Assembly (NCBI GenBank): GCA_964016885.1
Contig: OZ024740.1
Location: 190,712,001-190,776,000 of the forward strand
DNA length: 64,000 bases
Direction: 5' to 3'
From: Eledone cirrhosa
Taxonomy: Eukaryota
In this document: piece by piece, positions 1 through 14,278 of the stretch
How the letters are laid out: the number at the start of each line of letters is the position of its first letter
How positions within the stretch are numbered: position 1 is the stretch's first letter
Translations under genes and position numbers: made by a program
Notes under the pieces: model-generated
Database searches by the model: none
The model's input: the letters and a program-made list of their open reading frames with translations, nothing else
What the model was told of the DNA's origin: nothing

Positions 1-772
1 TTTACTTACAATTACAGTCTGGCATAAATGAGACATGTGTTTACACTGTTTATACATAGGTGTTTCATGCTTCATTCCGTATAATGATTATTAATACTCA
101 CATTGATCTGGGTATAAAATAAAAGATAATAATTCCCTAATACTCTTAGTAGGTTATGAATCTTAGAAAATACGTAGCCAACGATATTATTTTTTAGAAG
201 TAAATGTATTACAGGCGTTTTCGCTTCGTAATATGTTACTTTGGCATATCAAATTTTGTTTCATGATTAGAAAATACTTTCCATTAGATTGCTCTCGTTA
301 AAAACAGCTAAACCTTTGTTGGAATAGCGATATATGGCATATCCATACTGGTATCCCATAGGATGTTAAACAATAGATGGGAAATAAATTCGGTGATATT
401 TCAAGCCAAAATAATGTGATGACCGTAAATTAAAACCGAAATTGATGTGCTTGAAATATGAAATGAGATGTATATTAATCTATATCCTGGGTACACGAGC
501 TTAGCTTCACTTCAACGCATCTATCATGCATTAATAGAATATTTACATTCCTCTTTTATATTGATCTGTAGCAGTACTTAACATGAACATGTGTGACGTC
601 TCAAAGATAGTATTTAAACATGAGGAATTTTAATATTTGTGTTTATTTAATATTGTCATAAATGCTGTATTCTTCATATATGCCCATGATGTAGGTGTCT
701 CTTGGAAGATTCATAAGTGTAAATTCAGTGTGCTTATCTGACACATATTACATATTGACAACTATTATTAAT

Positions 773-960
773 CGGTGGATTGGCAGTGTCGGTAGAAAGT
801 CGGACGCCATGCTTTGACGCATAGAGTTACGGCTCTTGTCAGTCTGTGTTCAAATCCCGCCGAGGTTAACTTTGCCTTTCATCCTTACGTAGTTGATAAA
901 ATAAAGTGCCAGTAATGCGCTAGGTAATTGCTGGCCTTGTGCCAAAAGTAGAAACAATTA
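773..960 (+). mobile_element. tRNA-like SINE, full-length copy (~190 bp)
   Basis: tRNA-like head (GGTGGATTGGCAG..GGTAG; B-box-like GTTCAAATCCC), conserved body CTTTGCCTTTCATCCTT..GATAAAATAAAGT.CCAG and tail GGCCTTGTGCCAAAAGTAGAAACAAT. At least 7 further homologous copies in the window. Confidence 0.85.
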
Positions 961-3900
961 TTATATTCTCTAATTATACTAACTGTAATAGCATACATAG
1001 TGCATTATCCTGATACAGTCACAATATAATTTATTCGAATATAAAAACAGTTTATCAATCCAATCAGTGACTTTCAAACTCAATACTTTCTCTGAATATC
1101 CGCAACGTATTTTATGATAGTTTGTATATTTCATAACTAATGTATTTGTTTTACATTCCACCTCATACACGATCTGATAGAACTACTACAATGGAAACTA
1201 TACCTGTATTCCATTTGCGTGTCTTACATCGATTTCAGCCACATCAACTCTTCTTTTAAATATTTAATTTTGTTCGAAGGAGGCTTGATCATTTCGATTG
1301 AATATGCAAATAAAATGAATAAAACAAAACAAGAATTACCTATGCATTTATACGACCTTTGCAGAATGAGAAAATCATAACACCAGCCTATTAAGTATAA
1401 GGTTGTATTAATCTGCTAGCTTCTTTTTCTTACTAATGGGATAATCTGTAGAATATATTAAGGCCTAATAATAATCCAATGAATGAATAACAAAAATGAG
1501 AAAACAACGGCTATTCAAACGGGATTACAACAGAATGAGGCTGTAATGATTAAATAATTTAAATACCATAGTGAGTAAATACCATCGTGTGCAAGTAAAT
1601 CATATATTTTTGTTGCAGGCACCATGACATATGGTCTTGGAAATATTCATTTATATATGATAACCCAATATTAATACTTTGCGTTACAGTTAGTGTAATT
1701 ATTAATTTTTGTAGTGCATTTAGTCTGAAGTGGCGTGTTTTTTGATTTTGTAATTACGCATTCATAAAAGGGCATACATACAGAGGTTTAGAATCAGACA
1801 GCATGTTTAATGGATTTAATCATGACTGTAATTGCATTAAAACGATAATGAAAAAATGATGATAGAATTCACCAGAAAACGTGTTAGAGTTTGCTGAAAA
1901 GTTACTCCCAATTTTAAAAGAAATATATATAGCGAACAAATAATTACAGGTAAAATAACAATTTAAAAATGCACTTTAAGTGAAAACTGTACAATACACA
2001 TTCATAAACGCACATAGGTATAAAAACATAGATATATCAATATATAATACATGTTTGTATAAATGTCTTTGGAAAAAACATGATCTAGACAAATATGCTT
2101 AGAGATAGCTGGATAAAAAATAAAGAAACAGTATATATGCTGTTGTTAAAATAAGTAATGCTGTTAACCGTAAAAAGCTAATTAAAAATGAATATGCCGT
2201 AAAGAAAATACAATGTTCGTCAATGACTAATGTTACTTTAATTATTTCTGCAGATACTGTTGAAAATGTCCTTCAAATTTGTGCTGTACATATAACAACC
2301 GTAGGATTATGCAGATTACAATATTGCAAAAATGTACCGTAGACAATTAACACTTTCAATCTCTGTGAGAGAGCCAGTCCAGAGTTTTGTTCGGAAATGA
2401 AGGATAGTTTGATTCATTCAAGACTTGATAGTTACAAAAAATATTTTTTTAAATCATACATTTAACGTAGAGAAAGGTAAACTTTAAGTGATGTCTTGAT
2501 TATTCTAATCATGCATTGTCCTCTATAAAGCAATTGAAATGATGTAATGCTGTTTGAATTTATTTAGAATGTGTCTAACATATCATTTCAGGTTGCGTTG
2601 TATTAGAATGTGAGATGAAAATTCTTAGTTTGTTTGCGAAATCTATAGTTCAACAACTATAAAGGTTTTGGTTCATCAATGCTATTTATAGTTCCATCCA
2701 ATCCTGAACGTATGCCAATTATATAGATAGCCATTGTTTAGTAAACATTTCCAGTAAAATCAGGCTATTAGATACCCGATCTAACCACCCCCCTCCTTAT
2801 TTCTTCCTGCACTCCAATGATTTCCTATAATTTTACCACAAAACATGCTCCAAAACTAATACCTAATAATATAAAGTTATTTCTGAAATCATCCTTAAAA
2901 ATTTGTGAGATTAAATGTTATATATATGGCAACAAAAATGCCGTATTTATATAAATACAACTGTTTGCTTGTAAATGAATGCATATTTGGTTTCGTTAGA
3001 GATAACTTATATTCACAGCGGTAAAATCTTGATAGTGTTTAATATTACTCATTTTCCTATGAAAGCACCCGAGCACAAATACACAATAATATGCAGGATT
3101 TCTATTAATATTCACCGGAATGTTTATGAAACAGTAACAACTAGTTTATTCGACAATATATGATCCCGTATCTCTTAGCTAAATATTCAAGTTAATTTGC
3201 TTTCGCCATGTGTACGTTCTTCGCATTCCGTTTCTCACATGGGTTTTTCTATGCATACATATATTTAGACCTATTAGACACACACATCCACAAACACGCA
3301 CACATATTCACACGCACACACATTAAAACGCACAGACGCCAATACAGAAGTCAATGATTACATGCAATGGATTATTATTATTATATTATGAGATCTAAGT
3401 TTTAATATGTATGAGCAGGAGTGTGTGTACATATATATATATATACGGTTACACGGTGTTTTAAAAACATGTTAGCTTGAATGTAACAGCTTCATGAAGT
3501 TATATAATCTAACACGTTTAGCATATCCCCTACTGACGTGAAACTTTAGGCCCACTGCTCGTGGGATCAGAACTACACCCGCAGTATGATGATGGCTGCC
3601 CATCAGTTCAACCAAAGAAGAGGTATAGAAACGTTTTGTTATGTTAAGCGTCATCATTTCGGCCAGTTTGTAAACAAATGAAGTTGTTCGAACCTTCATT
3701 CGGTTATCTTGAATCGTTCACACATTATAATTTCAGTTGAACTGTAATGTAGTTTTTGAAATATTAACAGCGTCGATATTGGTTTTTCACAACAATATAT
3801 AGATAAACTTTAAAATAAAATCAGAAAAAGGATAATAAGCTTTGGAGTAAAAGGTAGCACAGTCGTCGAATGATTTCGTGTTTTAGATAACCACGAGCAA

Positions 3901-5035
3901 CTGTTTCGGCTTTTCAGTATCTAGAGTTTCATATGCCCGACTTGTTACATTTCTTTTATACTCAAAACAGATTTACACACGCACACATACACATACAAAC
4001 ACACACACCAAACCCATATATATATATATATATATATAGCAATGATTGCCTCTTCAGCCGTAGCAACACTGTTTCGATTCATAAGAGCAATGTCTGAGAT
4101 ATAGCTAAATAACATGCATAGTGATGAGCAACACAGTAAATGCGTTTATACACCACGATTGTCTATACACTAAGGTGGACTAAATAACAGGAAGAATTAC
4201 AGTGTACGTTCCTGAATGTCAACAACATACATATAAGTTGCTGAAAAAAAAATATATGCGCTGGGACGTGTATATGTGACCATAGAAATTATCTCTAATA
4301 CAAGTGGAAAGCTAGAACATTAGATGTGTACATTTGTCGAGTGGGAAATCGCTGACTCAAGGCAAAATCTATGGGTCTTGAAACATCAAACTACGAAGAA
4401 GACGACTGGTAGAGGGGGAGCGTATCCTATTCCCCATTCGAAAACGAAGTCATTTAAAAATAATGCATGTTTTAATTTGACTCTCCATTAGTTAATGACA
4501 CTGCTTCACTCTATCGACCAACATTTGATGAGCATGCATATATTATACACCCCCAATATATAAAGGACTTTCTGGGGTCTGGGCGGGCATGGGTGAAAAA
4601 TACTATATTGCTACTTTTGGATGATGAAACTCCAAATCTTTACTAAATGTTGATATCGATCGTGCTTCAATGCGTTCAGGTTCCCCATGTTACACACCGC
4701 AATTACAGATTCACATTGCATACATGCACAATAATTTCACTTTTATAAGATTACGGCCGTCCCGAGAATATCCTGTTATATCACCATAAAAATGATAAGA
4801 AGTGGTAAGAAGTTCAGACTCCGAAAATAACTGCAATTGTGAGGGCTTCTGTTTATAAAGCAATATGATTCATGACAATGGGGACAATTCCATACGGATT
4901 ACAGACTCGGACCAGTGGAGAATGCGCTTTATGATCACGCATACATGCATATATATATACATATACACAAAACCGACAGACACAGGAGTTTTGTACTCAT
5001 ATATATCTCGATGTTGATATCTATAAATATATATA

Positions 5036-5520
5036 CATCTATATACGTAAATGGCAATTTCTGTCTGTTTGTTTGTGAACATAAAACTCAAAAACTACCA
5101 AACCGTTCTTGATGGAACTTGACACGTGTGGCGGGGGCTCATGCTCATTTGATTTCCTACGTATATTTCATTTTAATCAAAGGGTTCCCCGGGGGTTGAA
5201 ACCCCCGCTGAGAATCCCCGCTTAATTTTTCCCTTCGATTTATAGGAAATTTTAACCATAAGTCTATGACAAGAGTTGATGCCTATTCACAAAATGTCAA
5301 CAATGAAACCCACTAATGGAGGTTCTATTTCTTTCCCTATAGCAACTCTCAAATTCTCTGACAAATATTTTTTCGCCTGACCAATGCAATCAACAATATT
5401 TGTTTGTATTATTGTTTCGTAAATGAATGTCTTCGCTTTTGATTACCTGTCCTATATTTTGAATTTATTTTTTTGTCTGAGAGGCATTGGGCATACCCCC
5501 GTTTCATCGCAAAAGCTCAC
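5036..5520 (+). mobile_element. Degenerate non-autonomous Helitron-like element (relic)
   Basis: Start ATCTATATACGTAAATGGCAATTTCTGTCTGTTTGTTTGTG followed by AAACCGTTCTTGATGGAACTTGACAC resembles the 5' ends of the Helitrons at 54420 and 58250. 3' end not clearly seen. Confidence 0.35.
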
Positions 5521-5544
5521 ACATATATATTGTATTATAATAAT

Positions 5545-5746
5545 GATTTCTAGTATAAGCACAAAGCCAGTAGTTGTTTTTTTTTCAATCTACCCCAGTA
5601 GGTTAATGGTGCTTTATTTTATCGACCCCGCATGGCTGAAAGACAAAGATAACCTCGGCGGGATTTGAAATCAGACCGCAAATGGCCGCAACTCTAAGCT
5701 GCAAAGCATGGTGACCGATGCTCTACCGACACTGCTAATCCACCGA
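5545..5746 (-). mobile_element. tRNA-like SINE copy
   Basis: Reverse-complement homology to 773-960 (TTTATTTTATCGACCCC..AACCTCGGCGGGATTTGAA..CTCTACCGACACTGCTAATCCACCG). Confidence 0.85.
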
Positions 5747-8700
5747 TAATGAGATGTTATTTCCATCCACTTTAAAAATTATATATAGCAGATTATTTTA
5801 TTATGTAAATAGTTATATAGGGTCGCGTTTGCGAATTCCACGTACGAGATTGTATAGATGCTAATGTGAATACAGGCTGGGAATTCTCAATACTTTTCTT
5901 GAAGAAACATACAGCCTTTAAAGAATGTTATAGAAAAGTCCTATGTAAATACGTTGAAACTTGGACACAATTCGGAGTTACAAGACCATACATACTTACA
6001 CATATACATAGACACAATTAGTAAATGAAATCCTGGTAAATAGTTAGACGACATTACTTAACATACTTCGTAATCTGCTGTCAATTGTGACAATTCTGAA
6101 ATCAAAATTATGAAGCTTTATTTAATAAATAAAGTACATTATGTCAAAATCTAAACAAAGGTTATCAAATATAATTGAGGAATAATCAACATGCCTCAAG
6201 ATTGATCGACTTACCTTTTTGATCTGCAGATATATTCTCCTCTTTATACAGAGAATATGATACCATGACAAGGTAGTATCATTACTTTATTTTACCTGTA
6301 TTTCCTCTTCTGTGACGAGAACATTTTCTAAATAATCTCATTATAATTTCCTTTCATTTCACACATTGCATTTAGCTTCACAAAAGAAAAAAAACATTAA
6401 AAAAGGCACAGAAATTGAAAAAAATGCGTATTATATGATGATTAAATGCAACACAAATAGTGAACAAACACAATTGAAAACACAGGAAAGATAGAATAAT
6501 ATTCTTATTCGGAAAAAAAACTGGACGAAATGGTGGGAAGTAGATTTATTTAATATTAAATTATACTTAATCTTATAATATCTAGCAAAAATATATAAAC
6601 GGTAGATTTTACAAATAAATGTTTATTTTTATTATTGCTTACAGAATATATAAGATAGTTTGAATAGATCTGAAACTGCCCTAAAAAATGTTACGTGAAT
6701 AAAACTTATAGATAAATGAAATTTAGAAGCTTATGAAAATGTGTGGACAATCCCAAATAATGCAAATTTCCTGGACTATATCGAAACTATAAACTATTCT
6801 ATAAATCACCAAAATAAAATGTAATTTAATGATTTAAAACATTTGTGACTCTACTTAAATGATTTCTTTCTGTTAAGCTTTTTTATATATGAATACAAAT
6901 TCAATATTCCTTTGAACTTGTAGTTACTACGCGCGTGTTTATGTGTAAATATTTGCGGTGTGGAAGATTAAAATGAAATCAATATCAATAAAAGAAAATT
7001 TGATTATATGTTCCAATGGCTCCAGTTCTATTCACCCATAAATAGTAATGTTGTCCAAATTTACTTTTGTGTACAGTTAAATCACACTAGACTATCAATG
7101 ATGCCTAATGCCTAGCTAAAGTTATTTCTCTTTATGAAGCCTCACAACGAGGATTATACAAATATATATTTGTAAAGCAAACAACAACATATCAAATCTA
7201 CGCACACAAATGTACGCACAAAGACATACACACACACGCACACAAATACACGCATGAACCTCATATATAGACGCAGAGACATACGTACCCCATATATATT
7301 AATATATATATATATATGTGTGTGTGTGTATGTGTATGTGAATCTGTGTGTGTGTGTGTACGTATGTGCGTGCGTGTATGTGTGTGTGCGTGTGTCTGTT
7401 TGTAAGTGGATACGAAAAGAAAATGTATATTTTGTATATTATAAGTTTAAAATCATAGAAGATTAATCGAATAAACACAATATTCAGAATTATTTGTAAT
7501 TAAAAAGAAAATCCTACATATTAGAATATATAGGGCTGCATGTAACTGTCTACTTTGTATGTGGAAGTGAGGGTATAGGTGTTGTGTGTAAAAGAAAGCA
7601 CGAGCGAATGAGAAAGATTTGTTAAGCAGAAAAGAAAGATGACATTTTTACTTTCTCATAACACAGCTGAATAAAATTTGCAGTTGATTATCGCATATTC
7701 AAATCTTTTCACAGTATTCTGAAATGTTATGTATTTCATCCACGTTCGTACATTCTGTATAGAATCTGAAAATATTTTCTGCCGAATTTACTATGATACA
7801 TGCTGTTTCAGCATGGAGGTTTCTATAAAGCTCAACGTGCCATTGAAAAATGTAAAAGGATTATAATAACAAGTGTTTAGTTTTTATACCATTCGATTTA
7901 ATAAGTGAAAATAAACAGACACGTTGAATAAATGGATAATTTCCTAACTTTTGATATATATATATATACACACACACATATATATATGGATATGTTTAGA
8001 TGAATGTCAGAATGGAGAATTTTAGGAAAAATATGGGGACCTTCTGTTTCAGATTTTCAGTATTCGCAGATACATTTTACAGTTAACAATTCTAGGACCA
8101 ATTACTAACATTAAGAAAGAGATTATATTTTATCGTTCCGTGAACAGCATTATCATATAAGGAATATGGTTCGAGGGATTTGATTGAGAATATTAAAATG
8201 AATATTATTTTATAAGTGCATGTATCGATGACTAGTTACAGATATCTATTAACAAGGTGAACTACTATTCGATTAAACATTACATTAAAGATTTAGTGCA
8301 TGCACGACTGAAATATATACTGTAACTACAGCGTGGATTGTTGGTTGAAGTCAAGTGAATCATGTGATTGCTTTGATGCACCTAACGTACTGAAGTAGAA
8401 TGTTAGTGGAAACCAGATGTATTTTACGACGTTACATAACGTCGTGACTAAGGGTTAAGTTTGTTGTCATATTCATCAGCAGGACTGTCGAAATGTATTT
8501 CATGTTTATACTTTAACAATTAGAATGACAGTGAGAGATATGTTCCTGTCACAGCCAAACACAGAAGATATATATGTATTTCATATAGAAATGATTTCTA
8601 CAGGACTAGAACTGTCTCATTAAAAAATGAAGGATGGTTTCATAAGAACTATACAATTCTATTCCTGAGTAAGTCATATATATATATATTTGCGTGAAAT

Positions 8701-8855
8701 TGTACTCATCGCTCCAAATAACGGCGTAATTATCCTCGCTTTTCTTTCCGTTCATTGCCATGGAACGTCTTCAAACCAAATATCGTCTTCCTGTTTTCCT
8801 TCGGTTGCAACATTTTTCGAAATATTTATTTATGCGTCCACAGAATGTTTTTTTT

Positions 8856-9014
8856 AGCTTCAGAAGATCCCGTTAAGGGTGAAAGCAGTGATTATTTGCT
8901 TAAACTTTACTCTGATGGTTTAATAAATATTTGATCTACGGTTTTTATATATATTTACATATATATTATCCTTACCGAGCCATCTTCGGATTTAGTTTTC
9001 ACAATTATTATTAT

Positions 9015-9018
<4 letters not shown>
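8856..9018 (+). mobile_element. Pseudo-LTR-like short element with variant hammerhead-like motif (family also at 15609-15845 and 31631-31830)
   Basis: CAGAAGA-TCCCGTTAAGGGT-GAAA-GCA..TGC-TT-AAAC. Homologous to two fold-back copies elsewhere and ends in (TA)n. Confidence 0.6.
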
Positions 9019-9087
<69 letters not shown>

Positions 9088-9258
9088 AGTGTGTGCGTGT
9101 GTGCGTGTATGAGTATGCGTGTGTGTGTGCGCGTGGGTGCGTACGTTTATGCGCGCGTGTCTCTGTATGGTTATATTGTCTGTGTATGTATTCGTCTATA
9201 TACAAATAGTGCTGAATACATTATTACTTTACATATAATCAGGCATTATCATTGGCTA

Positions 9259-9313
9259 TACCAGTAATGCACTGTGATAAATGGTGGCCTTGTGCCGAAA
9301 GTCGAAACAATTA
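9259..9313 (+). mobile_element. SINE 3' fragment
   Basis: TACCAGTAATGCACTG..GGCCTTGTGCCGAAAGTCGAAACAATTA matches the SINE tail at 905-960. Confidence 0.7.
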
Positions 9314-10402
9314 GTATGTATACCCAATTATTTATGTATGTTTATACCTAAACATATTTAATAGTTTATATTTATTCGCAATTATCTTGTATAAAAAAAG
9401 AACCTTTCTATCGTTGAACCTTCCCTTTCAACATCTATGTATTAAGAGGTGGCTTGAAATTCATGTTTGTTTAGGACCCTTTTGGGAATCCCTTTAAAAT
9501 TCTCCAGGAGTTTTCTTATAAAGTTCGCACTTCGTAGGTGAAGTTCTCCGATGTCTCTGGAAGTATGCGTACCATTTGTAAAGATTGAATGACTTAAAAT
9601 ATTCTGATACTAAATATACCCCCTCCTTCTTAATATCATCACCTTATGTTATGAGGTTCATCAGTTCTTGATTGACCCTCCTCACAAGCACTTAAGTTAG
9701 ATTTCTTCTTGTTTGATTGTTACTCTTTTATATGTTTACTTTCTGTTTGCCGGTTGTGGGATGTTTTTTTTTTTAAATGGTAGTGGCGATGTTTATGTTG
9801 GAAAAGTTGATTTTTGTATGGGTGTCTATATTTGAGACGTGTGTGTTCACTGTTTTCTGGTGTATGTGTCCGTATAGTGTAAGATACGTAATTCTCGATC
9901 TCTTTTGTTGTTGCTTCCATCTTTAGGCCGGTGTTGGGAACTCTAAATCCGATATGGGTGGAAGTGCGTCTGTGTGTGTGAATGTGAGTATGTGTGACTG
10001 TTGGGAAAAAATCGGAGTGATGAGCAGTAGTGAGAATCCCTCTAAGTGATTTTATTTATAGTTTTTTTTTCTGTTGTTTGTCTGGTTGACAGCTGCTGCT
10101 GTTGTCTCGACTGATTTTGTTGTTGCAGCTGATGATTTTCTTCGTTTTACAACTGATGGTAATGTTGGTTTTAGAGCTGCTGGTATATTTGTTTGTGTTG
10201 AGGTTGTGATCTCCGCTGTTGCATATGTGCCTCTCTGTCGATGAAGTTGTTATTGTAGACTGCGTGGTGTTGTCCCAGCGTACATGTTATCTTCAAAGGT
10301 GAAGACTACGAAGAAGAAAACATTCCGTGTTTCCCTGTCGCACTGGCTTTGAGACCATTCGCAGTTTTTGTTTTCCAAGAATAAAACATTTTGTTTTTAT
10401 GC

Positions 10403-10580
10403 TAATAATTGTTTCTATACCAGCAAATACCCAGTGCATTACTGGTACTTTATTTTATCGACCCCGTAAGGATGAAAGGCAAAGTCAACCTCGGCGGGAT
10501 TTGAACTCAGATCGTAAAGGGACGTAACTATGCTGGAAAGCATGGCGTCCGACCCTCTACCGATACTGCCAATCCACGCT
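10403..10580 (-). mobile_element. tRNA-like SINE copy
   Basis: Reverse-complement homology to 773-960, including GGATGAAAGGCAAAGTCAACCTCGGCGGGATTTGAACTC. Confidence 0.85.
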
Positions 10581-11169
10581 AATAATGTTCGATAAAGTTT
10601 CTGTGTTATACTTGTTGCAATATTTCACTGGATGTGTTGACGTTGATTTTTTGATTTTGTCTCCGCTGTTGTGATGTTCATTTTGGTAGCAGTGCTGCTT
10701 TTGTTGTTGAAAGTGTTAATGTTATATGTGTCAATAAGCTTTTTATGTGGTGGGGAAGTCATCTTTTCTAGAGGCGGTGACTCTGGTAGTTGTGTTGGTA
10801 CAATTATTGTTTGTGGTTTTCCATGTGTTAGTTTTGTTGTTGTTGTTGTGGTGACGATAGCTGCTATGTTGACATTGGCGGGAAATCCATCAAAGTTTAA
10901 ATGTTTTGCCGAGTCTATGTGGTTGTTGTCGTTTTTGCTTCTGTTGATTGTACAGCTGAATTCTGAAATGATTGACTTCTTGCTTTTCAATTTTCTGGAT
11001 AGCCGGCTGTTCTTTTCAGCGAACAAATGTATCATATACGGATACATATGGTGTTAAACCAGCCAACTCCCTAAGAAGTTGGCTTGTTTAGCCAAACAAC
11101 ATTATATACATCTCTCACAAAAATGACATTAAAGCATGTAAACAACAATAAACGTGTTCTTATTAATGC

Positions 11170-11254
11170 AGTAGTAGTAGTTGTAGTAGTAGTAGTAGTA
11201 TTAGTAGTGGTGGTGGTGGTGGTGGCGGTGGTGGTAGTAGTAGTAGTAGTAGTG

Positions 11255-11323
<69 letters not shown>
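11170..11323. repeat. (GTA)n/(GTG)n trinucleotide microsatellite
   Basis: Read directly; gives rise to the poly-Val/poly-Leu pseudo-ORFs. Confidence 0.95.
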
Positions 11324-12129
11324 TCAACAGCAAAACTGTTGGTATTATTAAAGTATGCATATGCATTTAAAATGAAGTTCTTTAAACATATATGAGAGGG
11401 AGTTTCATCATAGATTCAAAATATATTCTAACAGGAGACACTTCTGGGTCAATTATGTCCACTAGTTTAACTCATTGTATTTAAATACTCAACGATATTG
11501 TGTCATATCCCCTAAACGGAATACACAAATACATTTTTTTTTTGCGAATCTTTTCGTAAATGTTATTCACGCCTACATACTTGAATTTACACAACACACA
11601 TATTAGCAACTATAGACGCCGTCATGGATGTTCGCAAATATAAAGATGTAATATTCGACATTTTTCTTTACAGATGTACAATGACAACATGCATGTATTT
11701 ACTTGTGTTAGTTTACAATATTTTGAGACAATACATTGCCTGAATGTAGTTTGTCTTAATAGGCGGTTGTGATGGAGTGTCCATCTATAAATCGATAAAT
11801 CATGAATTCATGCCAGGTCATAAATTCTTAACAGACTAACAATTAAATTACAAACATCTACATATCTACATACACATTTAAATATACTAAATAGGTGCTG
11901 GAATGCAAAAGACCAGAAGAAGTTTGAAAACTGATTGCTTAAAGACATGACATAAAAAACGACATCGAAAAAGTGGGACGTTGGTAAATAAATGACTAAC
12001 AATGTTGATCAAGAAACGAGTGGAATGTTTTTATCTATGTAGCATTCTATCTATCTATCTATCTATATATTTATTCTATTTATTTATCTATCTATTATTT
12101 TATCTTGACATACAAAGACACACACATAT

Positions 12130-12203
<74 letters not shown>

Positions 12204-12205
<2 letters not shown>

Positions 12206-12373
12206 CGAAGGAAATGTGGTAAGGAACCAGGTGGACCATAACGCACCAAAGTACTCAATACTTAGGGTAGTAGAGTCGGTAATAGGAACGAGTAGTACCC
12301 CGACGGCTGAGCTCAAGCCGTTTCAACGGCTAATTCGAAACGGCCTGAGCTGAGCCGTCGGGGTACTACTCGT
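12204..12373 (-). mobile_element. Short fold-back remnant of the 19591-21513 Penelope-like family, in (TA)n
   Basis: Same terminus AACGAAGGAAATGTGGTAAGGAACCAGGTGG as 19591 and 57198; inverted arm GAAACGGC..GCCGTCGGGGT (3' half of the hammerhead). Confidence 0.8.
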
Positions 12374-12635
12374 ATATATATATATATATATATATAGATA
12401 GATAAATCTACCAAAATGTACGGTCGTGTCCAATCCGTATGAAGAACTCAATGTAATCCAAATGTCATGAAAAGAGAAGATGTATTCAAAATGTTTTTTC
12501 GATGAAAAACACACGAAAACAGAGTCAAGATGAATTAATAAAAATAATGTATAAAAACAAAGGAACAGTTCCTTATATTAAAACAATTGTAATATAAGGA
12601 ACTGTTTCTTTGTTTTTTATTTATTATTTTTATTA

Positions 12636-12676
<41 letters not shown>

Positions 12677-12712
12677 TACATTTATTATATACATATATAT
12701 ATATATATATAT

Positions 12713-13328
12713 ATAATTGGATATATGAGAGGGATGAACACATATCAAATTATACATGTGTTCCAATTGCAAATGACCAAGTTACAAGTTAGCTAGGTTG
12801 AAGAAATACTAATTTAAAACAATATGGTTTGCCTGACTCGATTTAAAGTAATAAATCAATAAAAATAACAAACGTATATCGGGCAATAGCCTTTGAGACC
12901 CAGACAGGCCAAAATCTATTTCGCAAGAATTATTAAGTGAAAGCCAGAATTCCTGTGCACATCTGCGGTTATCCAGGAACATTCGTACCTTTCACTTCAA
13001 AGGATCTAAATCCAGCTGCTATATTTAGCGGCATGAGTATGAAACGCGCTAGGCGTTTATAACTGCATTTCGTTCAGTCTTCTTAGATCCTTTGAAGCTA
13101 AAGGCACGAATGTTCATGGATACCCGCATATGAGCACAGGGATTCTGGATTTCAAAGGCTATTGCCCGATATAGGTTTGTTATTTTTATTGATTTATTAC
13201 TTTAAATCGAGTCAGGCAAACCATTTTATTTTAAATTAGTATTTTTTCAACCTAGCTAACTTGGCCATTGGCAATTGGAACACCTGTATACTTATAAGTG
13301 TGTTCATCCCTCTCATATATCCGATTAT
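12713..13328. repeat. ~600-bp imperfect fold-back (inverted repeat) element flanked by (TA)n
   Basis: 12713-13010 is the reverse complement of ~13083-13328 with scattered substitutions and a ~45-bp indel. Confidence 0.9.
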
Positions 13329-13406
13329 ATTACACAGCTCGGAAAGATTCCCTTCTTTGAGCTACTCAATTGTAAAATAGTATTTTGTGTTTATAACTCA
13401 ATCTAT

Positions 13407-13490
<84 letters not shown>

Positions 13491-13952
13491 CACGTATATA
13501 GGTATGTGTATGTATATGTGTGTTCATGCCTGCGTATGTCTGTGCATTATGACAGCATAACTCGTATATTGGCAGATCGTTGGGTTGAACGGTTTGTGGT
13601 TAAAATCCTTGTGAATAAAATTCCTCTCAGTATTTCAAAATGTGTAGACAGTGAAGTCAGAGTAAGCTCATTTTAATTGTAAATTCCGAAATCGTGTTGC
13701 TTTCCGACATTAAGCTCTGCTTACTATAAATAGAGTATGCATGTCAAGAGATGTGTCTATCGCTAAAAGGCTTTCGGTGCCACAAACGTGATTTCAAATG
13801 GGTGAAACATCCGAGCCGTGTTAAAGTAAAACAAAAGAAAGAACCATGCACTGCAGTGCTATAAGCATTAGAATATAAGACTTGTCACACGTTTCTCCCA
13901 ATCATAATGTTATAGTGACATTCCACTGGGTGTTGATCGTATCATTATATAA

Positions 13953-14278
13953 ACTAGCAGAAAAATCACCCTTCGGGTGGTTTTCTGCTAGCATGTGTAG
14001 TGTGTATATTAATAATATTAATATTATACGCAAGTATATATACATGTAGATATGATACATCAAATAAAATCGTAATTGACAATATAAACAGAAATTGAAC
14101 GAAGGCGTTGTCACACTGTCTTATGTAATCAGTAACGTAATCCATGATACATTAAAAAGAGACGATATTTTATATAAACTGCATTAAGAGAAAATTAGTG
14201 ACAGGAAATTAGTATGTCTAATTACGTGTTCACCACTGGAGGTGGGGACATCACACACTCTCTCTTTCTATATATATA
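13953..14278 (-). mobile_element. Short non-autonomous Helitron-like element
   Basis: CTAG plus hairpin CTAGCAGAAAAATCACCCTTCGGGTGGTTTTTCTGCTAG at the left end; TATATAGAAAGAGAGAGTGTGTG (minus strand) at the right end. Confidence 0.4.

Noticed and set aside
773-860. Possible tRNA gene
   Set aside because: The tRNA-like head continues into a repeated SINE body; no complete cloverleaf could be built.
3880-4100. Partial GAAACAG / CTGAAGA motifs on the minus strand
   Set aside because: Could not assemble three stems around a complete core.
9330-11060. Strand-biased region with ORFs 10625-11047 and 10671-11057, and a CTGATGA-ACCT..AGGT motif at ~9665(-)
   Set aside because: May be the 5' part of a retroelement, but no recognisable domain, and the GAAA and stem III of a hammerhead are missing.
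11084-11395. Poly-Val / poly-Leu-Pro ORFs resembling membrane proteins
   Set aside because: (GTA)n/(GTG)n microsatellite.
12495-12530. TCGATGA..CACGAAAACAGAGTCAAGA hammerhead-like string
   Set aside because: Core and stem II too degenerate to call.
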